Shown here in pieces: positions 57,482 through 64,000 of a DNA stretch of 64,000 nt. The DNA lies in the NCBI GenBank assembly GCA_964610465.1, contig CAZSWA010000006.1, forward strand, positions 4,332 to 68,331, written 5' to 3'. Made by a program: the position numbers and the translations under genes. Within the stretch, counting starts at the first letter, position 1. Each line of letters opens with the position of its first letter. This stretch comes from an uncultured Gammaproteobacteria bacterium. GTDB taxonomy: Bacteria; Patescibacteriota; Microgenomatia; Levybacterales; UBA12049. The notes below the pieces were generated by a model that saw only the letters and a list, made by a program, of their open reading frames with translations, had not been told where the DNA came from and did not search any database.

Positions 57482-59761
57482 ATGAAATTCTCAATACGTA
57501 CAAAGTTACTTATCGGTTTTGCATTGCTTCTTACGTTATCCTCGTTAATCCAGACATTTTCCTTTAGTATCACACGGGATTATATTTATTCACAAATCAG
57601 TAACTCACAATTAAACGAGGCAAATAAAGGTGCTAATACAATACAGGCATTTTTTAAGAATTTAAGTTCTATTAACTTCGGCCTTGCACATACATATAAA
57701 GAGAATATTTCTACCCCAAGCGCCTCAAGTAGCTCAAATTTTGTCTATATTAATGAATATACTATAAAGAATAATGATCACATCAAGAAAATTTCCTATC
57801 TTACTCCTGCAGGACGTGAACTATATAAATTTGATGAGCATGGGCAGATGTCACAAGATCAGCTTAACTATGAATTATTTACTGAAGAATTTAAGTCAGC
57901 AGCTTCAGGCAAAACAACTATTTCAAAAGTATATTATCTCGATAAGGAATTAGGTCCTCATATAGATATATTTACTCCCATTTTTCTCAATAATACTGTT
58001 TCGGCTGTTATTAAAATGCAGATTAGCCTGGAAAATTTAAGGCTTACTCTTGCCGATATAAAAGTCGGAGACAACGGGTATGTATATGTAGTAGACGAAA
58101 AAGGGAGACTTATTGCGCATCCATCACAACAATTCCTGTCGCAAAGACCTAATCTATCTAAAAGAAAAGTTATCACAGCAGCTTTGCAAGGCAAAGAATT
58201 ACCAAGGGCGGCTGAGGTTTATAAAGATGAAAAAAATACTATCGTAGCTGCAAAAGCAGTAAAAATTTCGGGAATAAACTGGGTAGTTGTTTTTGAACAA
58301 CCTATATCTGAAGTATATGGTTTTCTGGATTTTACCAGAAACCTATTTATTTTTACTCTCATATCTTCAAGTTTACTACTCCTCTTGATTGCTCTTTTTA
58401 TTAGTGAAAATTTAACTCGATCGATAAGAACACTAGAAAAAGCTACTACATTACTTGAAAAAGGAATGCTTGATAAACCAATTAATATCAAGACAGGGGA
58501 CGAGATTGAATCATTAGCCGAATCATTTAATTTAATGACATATAACTTGCTGCAATGGGAAAATTCTCTAAAAAAAGAAAAGCGGGAAATGGAAATCCTG
58601 CTTCAATCATTAACAGATGGAGTAATAGCACTTGACCAGAATTTTACTATACTTCTTTTTAATAACGCGGCCGAAAAAATAACAGGCTTAGCTGCAAAAG
58701 CAGTTATATCACGAAAAATAGATGAGGTGTTGTATTTATATATGAACGACAAAAGGATACAACTCTCTACGTCAGATATCACTTCTCAAGAATTTGAGAA
58801 AAAATTACTTGAAAAAGGGTTAAATTTTATGAATCTAAACGGGAAAAAAATATCTATCTCTGTTACCATCTCTCCTCTTTTGTTTGATGATAAAACACAT
58901 TCTGGATGGATAATGACTTTTCGTGATACCACAAAAGATGCAGAACTTGAAGAAATGAAAATAGACTTCGTCTCAATGGCTGCACATGAATTGCGTACAC
59001 CTCTTACTGCTATCAGAGGATACGCCTCTCTTTTGCTGGAGGTAAGCACGAAACTCACTGATGAAGAGAGAGATTATGTAAAACGATTAATTATTAACAG
59101 TGAAAACTTAGCCAGTCTTATTGATAATTTACTCAATGTTTCAAAGATTGAACGAAATCAATTCAATATTGTAAAAGCTCCACTGGATTTAGCAGAAATT
59201 ATAAAAAGTATAGTCGAAGGATTAAAAGAACTAGCCAAAACAAAAAGCCAAACACTTGAGCTCAATATTCCTAATGATAAACTTCCTATAGTCATGGCTG
59301 ATAAATTCCGTATTAGTCAGGTAATAGCAAATCTTGTTTCTAATGCACTTAATTATACTCCTGAGAAGGGTAAGATAATAGTAACCGTTGATATACGAGG
59401 AGATTATTTACAAGTGGCAGTAGCTGATAACGGACGCGGAATTCCAAAAGATGCGATTCCAAAATTGTTTACCAAATTCTTCCGTGTAGCAGGGAAATTA
59501 GAACAAGGAAGTAAAGGCACAGGGCTTGGGCTCTTTATCTCACGCTCAATAATTGATATGCATAGAGGAAAAATTTGGGTAGAAAGTGAAGAAGGGAAAG
59601 GCACAACATTTACCTTTGTTTTACCTCTTGCAAAACCCGAAGAAATAGCAGAATATCAAGAACAAAAAGGGAAAACTACCTTGACTGGTCAGCACACACC
59701 AGGTATTATTAATAGAGATTTAAATACAATAACAACAAAAGAGGTTGATAAAACAATATAA
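57482..59761 (+). CDS. Sensor histidine kinase with extracytoplasmic Cache-like domain, HAMP, PAS, HisKA and HATPase
   Basis: Two TMs flank a ~270-aa periplasmic domain; H-box HELRTPLTAIRGY; G-boxes DNGRGIP, GTGLGL. Confidence 0.8.
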   Translation: MKFSIRTKLLIGFALLLTLSSLIQTFSFSITRDYIYSQISNSQLNEANKGANTIQAFFKNLSSINFGLAHTYKENISTPSASSSSNFVYINEYTIKNNDHIKKISYLTPAGRELYKFDEHGQMSQDQLNYELFTEEFKSAASGKTTISKVYYLDKELGPHIDIFTPIFLNNTVSAVIKMQISLENLRLTLADIKVGDNGYVYVVDEKGRLIAHPSQQFLSQRPNLSKRKVITAALQGKELPRAAEVYKDEKNTIVAAKAVKISGINWVVVFEQPISEVYGFLDFTRNLFIFTLISSSLLLLLIALFISENLTRSIRTLEKATTLLEKGMLDKPINIKTGDEIESLAESFNLMTYNLLQWENSLKKEKREMEILLQSLTDGVIALDQNFTILLFNNAAEKITGLAAKAVISRKIDEVLYLYMNDKRIQLSTSDITSQEFEKKLLEKGLNFMNLNGKKISISVTISPLLFDDKTHSGWIMTFRDTTKDAELEEMKIDFVSMAAHELRTPLTAIRGYASLLLEVSTKLTDEERDYVKRLIINSENLASLIDNLLNVSKIERNQFNIVKAPLDLAEIIKSIVEGLKELAKTKSQTLELNIPNDKLPIVMADKFRISQVIANLVSNALNYTPEKGKIIVTVDIRGDYLQVAVADNGRGIPKDAIPKLFTKFFRVAGKLEQGSKGTGLGLFISRSIIDMHRGKIWVESEEGKGTTFTFVLPLAKPEEIAEYQEQKGKTTLTGQHTPGIINRDLNTITTKEVDKTI

Positions 59762-59762
59762 G

Positions 59763-60161
59763 ATGAAAAAAATTTTATTAGCAGAAGATGATTTTTTTAT
59801 TAGAGATATCTATAAAAGAATTTTTGTAAATGGTGGCTATGAGGTTGATGTTGCTGAAGATGGCGAAATTACATTGAATAAGCTGAAAGCCCAGCCTTAT
59901 GATCTAGTATTGCTTGATATCATGATGCCAAAAGTCACGGGGATTGATGTACTAAAAACATGTAAAGCATTTGATTCTCCAATAAAGAATATCCCTATTT
60001 TCCTCATTACTAACTTGGGTCAAGAAAGTATTATAAAAGAGGCATTTAGACTAGGCGCAAATGGATATTTCTTAAAGGCTCAACTGACTCCACAACAAAT
60101 TCTTGCAGAAATAAATGCTTTTTTTGAGAATAAAGAAAATCCTAATGCACCTATTACATAG
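59763..60161 (+). CDS. Single-domain response regulator (CheY-like)
   Basis: KILLAEDD, LLDIMMP, receiver fold; starts 2 nt after the kinase stop. Confidence 0.8.
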   Translation: MKKILLAEDDFFIRDIYKRIFVNGGYEVDVAEDGEITLNKLKAQPYDLVLLDIMMPKVTGIDVLKTCKAFDSPIKNIPIFLITNLGQESIIKEAFRLGANGYFLKAQLTPQQILAEINAFFENKENPNAPIT

Positions 60162-60401
60162 AATCATTTACCACCTATTAAACCATAGAAAATCATTGAA
60201 AGATTATGCAGCAAGCATTCTCGATATCTGTACGCCTTTTTTTCGGTAGCAAATTCCAAGAAATTCAAGCTGAAGAGTCACTTCTCATAAAAACTATTGT
60301 GCGACATAACCTACAGGAACGAAATTTATTCTCCACTAAGTTTGACCGGTACCCCATATACTAAGACAATATTCTGAGATAATTTGAGAGAATAAAGATA
60401 T

Positions 60402-61056
60402 ATGGGGTTTGTAAAAGTAACACCAAAAGAGATAAGAGATGAAATTCTTGCGAAAGTAAAAGCGGGAGAAAGAGTCGCGGCTCTTGTAAAGCAGTATGGA
60501 CTATCTGATAGAATAATTTATGGATGGCTGCATAAAACCACAGGAGAAGGAACTGTTTCCATATGATTTATGGGTTTCAGACGTAAGTTTTCTAAAATTT
60601 CAAGGAAGATTCTGGTATTTAGTAACCATTGAAGAGATTGTAAACAGAAGGATTATTGGAGCGCATGTTGGCAAAAAACATGATAGGTATTTAGTATTAA
60701 CCGCTGTAAAAGAAGTCCTCATTCAAACAAAAGAAGCTCCTTCAATTTTTCATTCTGATCAAGGCACAGAATTTATGGCAGAGGAGGTAACTTCCTTTTT
60801 GAAAAACTTAGGAACTCAAATTTCAGCCTCTGACAAAGCAAGTTCCTGGCAAAACGGCTATCAAGAAAGTTTCTTTGGACGCTTTAAAGATGAAATTGGA
60901 GATATAAATCGCTTTGACACTATTGGAGAATTAATTGAAGAAATTTATCTGCATATCCACTATTACAATACTCAAAGAATTTATACCGCATTAGAAATGC
61001 CACCCGCCGTTTACGCAAATGCTCTCAGAGCATTGTCGGAAAAAATGGGTACTTGA
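60402..61056 (+). mobile_element. Degenerate IS3-family insertion-sequence remnant (truncated OrfA HTH plus frameshifted OrfB integrase-core fragment)
   Basis: OrfA' 60402..60566 MGFVKVTPKEIRDEILAKVKAGERVAALVKQYGLSDRIIYGWLHK (HTH), no leucine zipper or frameshift window; no terminal inverted repeats recognised by eye. Confidence 0.7.
60520..61056 (+). pseudogene. IS3-family transposase OrfB (rve integrase core) fragment
   Basis: DLWVSDVSFLKF..., HSDQGTEF, NGYQESFFGRFKDE = DDE catalytic-core region. Confidence 0.65.
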
Positions 61057-61475
61057 CACACGGGCGACGAGGACAGTTATTCCCTTCCATGCGCCAGCCA
61101 GGTACGGGGATGTTTCGGAAAGCGGACATGCTGAGAGAGGCGCCAAAAGGTGACGACGTACGGCTCTATGTTGAGTTGTTGCGCCGTGCGCATCGTCGCG
61201 AGACGGGAGGATCGCTTCCTCATCCAGCCAAGTGTCTATGCGTCGCTGTGCCTGCTCGAGGCTGGCGTTCCACACCTTTGGATATACGAGCAGATGTCCC
61301 ACCCCAATCGCGGAAATCGCCGAAGTGGCCGATGTCCTGAATGGCTACATCGTGAAGAGCCCATGCGCTCAGGCCGACGGCGATGCTGAAGATCTTCTTG
61401 GGCTCAGGGAGCGGGCGGGAATGACAATGGGGGATGACAGGAATCTTGTTCTGGAAGAGATTTTTACTTATTATC
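61057..61475. other. ~420-bp high-GC (roughly 55-60%) segment of foreign composition between the IS remnant and purA
   Basis: Abrupt compositional shift; overlapping ORFs in five frames (61053..61340+, 61150..61389+, 61232..61483+, 61220..61486-, 60991..61302-) as expected for high-GC DNA. Confidence 0.5.
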
Positions 61476-62816
61476 TTACCTAACAATTATCGCATTTCTC
61501 TGCGGCCCTGTAGAAATATATGTAACCTTTAAATTTGTTTGTTTTTCTACCTCTTCAATATATTTTTTTGCAAGAGGAGGTAAATCAGCATATTTTTTTA
61601 TCCCTTTTAGTGATTGCTGCCAGCCTTTGAGTGTTTTATATACGGGTTGTATTTCTGCAAGGAGTAGTTCATTGACTTCATAATATGATACTTTCTTGCC
61701 TTTATAGAGGTAGCCTGTACAAATTTTAATTTCTTTAAAAGTATCAAGTACATCAATTTTGGTAATGGCAATTCCTGTAAATCCACATATTTGTCCGGCA
61801 AATCTCACAAGCTCTGCATCAAACCAGCCGCATCTTCGTGGTCTTCCGGTAGTAGTTCCATACTCTGCTCCAATTTTACGAAGGCTTTCTCCTGTATCAT
61901 CAAATAATTCAGTCGGGAAAGGTCCTGCACCAACCCGTGTCGTATAGGCTTTCACGACACCTATCACATCATCAATGTATTTGGGAGGAATACCGGCTCC
62001 TGCATTGAGTCCGCCTGGTACTACATTTGATGCAGTGACATAGGGATACGTGCCCCAATCATTGTCCAGAAATAATGCATGTGCGCCTTCAATCAGAATA
62101 GATTTATTTTGAGAAAGCGCTTTTTGAATAAAGGGATATGGTTCTTTGATGTAGGGAAGTAGTTTTTTGCGGAAGCCAAAAAATATATCTTCAATTTCTT
62201 TTTGGTTGAATTGTTGCTCAGCAAAGGTGGCAATAATTTTATTTTTGACTGATGAATGTTTGCGAAAAGGAAATAAATTTTCTTTGTTACTTAGTGCACT
62301 TATAATCTTATTTTTTATCGCGAGTTGCGTTGAAAGCTTTTCTGAGAAGTGCTTTTTATCCAGAAGATCAAAAAGTCGTATGCCGTTATAACTTACCTTA
62401 TCAGCATAGGTTGGTCCAATTCCGCGGCCGGTTGTTCCTGTTTTGGCTTTGCCTTTGGCTTCCTCATAGAGTTTGTCCAGTATTTTGTGGTAGGGCATAA
62501 TGATATGACAGCGTGGAGAAATAAAAAGTCTGTCTTTAAGGTCAATTCCAGCTTTTGTAAGTATCTCTATCTCTGAGATAAGTACTTCAAGATCCAAAAT
62601 AACGCCATTGCAAATATATGCTTTTATTTTGGGAGCAAATATACCTGATGGAATAAGATGCATGGGGAATTTGCCATACTCATTGACAACTGTATGTCCT
62701 GCGTTGTTGCCTCCATGAAATCTGAGAGTCACATCTGAAGATGTTGAGATGAAATCAATTATTTTCCCTTTGCCTTCGTCTCCCCATTGAGAGCCAATAA
62801 CAAGTGTGACTGCCAT
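61476..62816 (-). CDS. purA: Adenylosuccinate synthetase
   Basis: N-terminal GSQWGDEGKGKI P-loop; 446 aa. Confidence 0.9.
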   Translation of the reverse strand: MAVTLVIGSQWGDEGKGKIIDFISTSSDVTLRFHGGNNAGHTVVNEYGKFPMHLIPSGIFAPKIKAYICNGVILDLEVLISEIEILTKAGIDLKDRLFISPRCHIIMPYHKILDKLYEEAKGKAKTGTTGRGIGPTYADKVSYNGIRLFDLLDKKHFSEKLSTQLAIKNKIISALSNKENLFPFRKHSSVKNKIIATFAEQQFNQKEIEDIFFGFRKKLLPYIKEPYPFIQKALSQNKSILIEGAHALFLDNDWGTYPYVTASNVVPGGLNAGAGIPPKYIDDVIGVVKAYTTRVGAGPFPTELFDDTGESLRKIGAEYGTTTGRPRRCGWFDAELVRFAGQICGFTGIAITKIDVLDTFKEIKICTGYLYKGKKVSYYEVNELLLAEIQPVYKTLKGWQQSLKGIKKYADLPPLAKKYIEEVEKQTNLKVTYISTGPQRNAIIVR

Positions 62817-62900
62817 TTTACAGCTTAAGTTTAGACTAGCTTATTGATAAAAGCAATAAGTATTTAATAACTACAAATAGGAATTAAAAATATATAACTG

Positions 62901-63158
62901 TTATTCTCTAACAGGTTTTGATTCTCTAACAGGCTTTGTGGAAAAGTAAACCATTTGTTCTTGACTATTTCCTGCAATTTCTGCTTTTGATAAATCTCTC
63001 ACAATATTAGTTCTGTTCTCACGTGTTACCTCTGATGCAAATACCCCTCTGATTACTCTCCCTGATAATTCTTGTCTATCTCTTCCATGAAACTTATTGT
63101 GCAGTTCACTTACATCAAGTATTTGGGAACTAAATCTTACTTTTCCATAATTTTTCAA
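62901..63158 (-). CDS. Hypothetical small protein (non-ATG start)
   Basis: 85-aa ORF starting at TTG; frame open upstream to a stop at ~63228. Confidence 0.3.
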   Translation of the reverse strand: MKNYGKVRFSSQILDVSELHNKFHGRDRQELSGRVIRGVFASEVTRENRTNIVRDLSKAEIAGNSQEQMVYFSTKPVRESKPVRE

Positions 63159-63273
63159 AATATCCTTTGCTTCCTCAATCTTATCCTGAGGGCAAACAAA
63201 TTCAAAACGATTCTATTTTAGCTGTTCATTCGAGATATCATTATTTATAAATTTTTTCAGTTCTAATTATAAC

Positions 63274-63666
63274 TTACTCTTCGAAAATGAAGGTATAGCT
63301 TATTTCTCTTCTTCTTGGGCCATCGAGTTCTACAAGTACTATTCTTTGCCAGGTGCCAAGGACGAGTTTTCCATCTTGTACAGGAATAGTAAGTGATGCG
63401 CCGATAAGAGATGAAAGAATATGATAGGTTACATGGGACGGGTTGTGCGGATGACGATAATGAAGCTTTGGCATCATTGCCTCAAACGCATCAAGCATAT
63501 CGAGGTCTGTTCCCGGATCTAAATCAGCAGTAGTCAGAGCAGCTGTAGTATGTTTTACAAAGAGTATACAGATACCATTTTCTTGATTTTCGATTTCGTT
63601 TTCAATCGTATGAGTAATATCAAGGATTTGTTTCTTCTTCTGGGTTGAGATTGTTACTGTTTTCAT
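63274..63666 (-). CDS. YjbQ-family (UPF0047) protein
   Basis: FVKHTTAALTTADLDPGTDLDM ... HILSSLIGASLTIPV matches YjbQ family. Confidence 0.75.
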   Translation of the reverse strand: MKTVTISTQKKKQILDITHTIENEIENQENGICILFVKHTTAALTTADLDPGTDLDMLDAFEAMMPKLHYRHPHNPSHVTYHILSSLIGASLTIPVQDGKLVLGTWQRIVLVELDGPRRREISYTFIFEE

Positions 63667-63832
63667 TTAGATAATTATATCAAAGAATTTTTATGCAATT
63701 CTTACAGTATTTTTATTGTATTTACAATAATCAATTGTACGATGGTTTAGATATTACTCAGTATTTACTATGAAGTTATTTTTATTGAGAGAATTTTACT
63801 ATTTTAGATTAGTAGTCAATCAAGGAAAGGGG

Positions 63833-63882
63833 GCTGGACTTTGCGAAGTCCAGCATCCCTTCCAATCTCTTGATTGGAAGGG
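63833..63882 (+). promoter_or_regulatory. Two tandem GC-rich stem-loops in the 5' leader; the second overlaps the RBS of the downstream gene
   Basis: SL1 GCTGGACTT-tgcg-AAGTCCAGC (9 bp); SL2 CCCTTCCAAT-ctcttg-ATTGGAAGGG (10 bp), whose 3' arm runs into GGGAGGTGA RBS. Confidence 0.35.
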
Positions 63883-63893
63883 AGGTGACATGG

Positions 63894-64000
63894 ATGATTA
63901 GAACAGCAGTAGTTGCAGGAATTGTATTTGCTCTGTCATTATTTGCAGCCGGAGCAGTTGCATTTGGACAAACGTCAACATCAACACCATCTCCAAGTCC
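63894..64000 (+). CDS. Secreted/exported protein, N-terminal fragment (continues beyond window)
   Basis: MIRTAVVAGIVFALSLFAAGAVAFGQTSTSTPSPS = signal-peptide-like; track lists 63896..64000. Confidence 0.4.
   Translation, partial: MIRTAVVAGIVFALSLFAAGAVAFGQTSTSTPSPS

Noticed and set aside
61053-61486. Calling any of the five overlapping ORFs in the high-GC fragment as a gene
   Set aside because: Multiple overlapping frames are expected by chance in GC-rich DNA. No motif was recognised, so it is reported only as a compositionally foreign segment.
1-64000. Alternative genetic code (UGA or UAG reassignment), as seen in some small-genome lineages
   Set aside because: Long ORFs are not interrupted by in-frame TGA. 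TAG clearly terminates secD (622-624) and other genes. Only the single def TAG is anomalous, so standard code 11 is assumed.
1-64000. CRISPR arrays or cas genes
   Set aside because: No regularly spaced short direct repeats and no Cas-like ORFs were found on inspection. The only direct repeats are the ~670-bp regulator duplicate, the 46-nt pair at 40686/41039 and the short leader repeats at 20884/21229.

Overview
This is a 64-kb window from a low-GC bacterial chromosome (about one third GC by eye). It uses the standard genetic code: TAA, TAG and TGA all act as stops, and long ORFs are uninterrupted by TGA. The window is gene-dense, with roughly 75 coding genes on both strands and one tRNA.

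Housekeeping content: SecD (5'-truncated at the window edge) and SecF, an HtrA protease, a CCA-adding enzyme, RecJ, a short archaeal-type AspRS, GltX, DgkA, an M16 peptidase, PurA, tRNA-Gln(CUG), and cell-wall enzymes (two S11 D,D-carboxypeptidases, a class A PBP, a GH18 protein).

Accessory content: three NUDIX hydrolases, two EEP-family nucleases/phosphatases, a signal-peptide HNH nuclease, an HD hydrolase, an AlkP-superfamily phosphodiesterase, a MacAB-like efflux operon, an ABC-2 exporter, several two-component systems and a Crp/Fnr regulator. The short AspRS, the large type IV pilin and the many nucleotide-salvage enzymes fit an uncultivated small-genome lineage such as Patescibacteria/CPR; this is inference only.

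The most notable structures are listed below; details are in the findings.
- Two near-identical ~670-bp direct repeats, each encoding an OmpR-family response regulator, bracket a ~4.4-kb carbohydrate module (GDE-like and GH65-like genes).
- A type IV pilin is fused through a Thr/Pro linker to a glycoside-hydrolase-like TIM-barrel domain.
- Peptide deformylase is interrupted by a single in-frame TAG upstream of its HExxH metal-binding motif.
- A higher-GC mini-island carries an orphan HicB antitoxin and an unknown upstream partner, each with a copy of an operator-like leader and no HicA.
- A KGG / GlsB / YtxH stress mini-cluster has repeated promoter/leader motifs and flanking direct repeats.
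- A protein fuses a ParB-like nuclease domain to a sigma-70 region-4 HTH.
- A degenerate IS3 remnant abuts a ~420-bp high-GC foreign fragment next to purA.
- A terminator hairpin sits in the leader of an unknown two-gene operon.
- tRNA-Gln is followed by a partial duplicate of its 5' end.

No CRISPR arrays, rRNA genes or intact prophages were seen.
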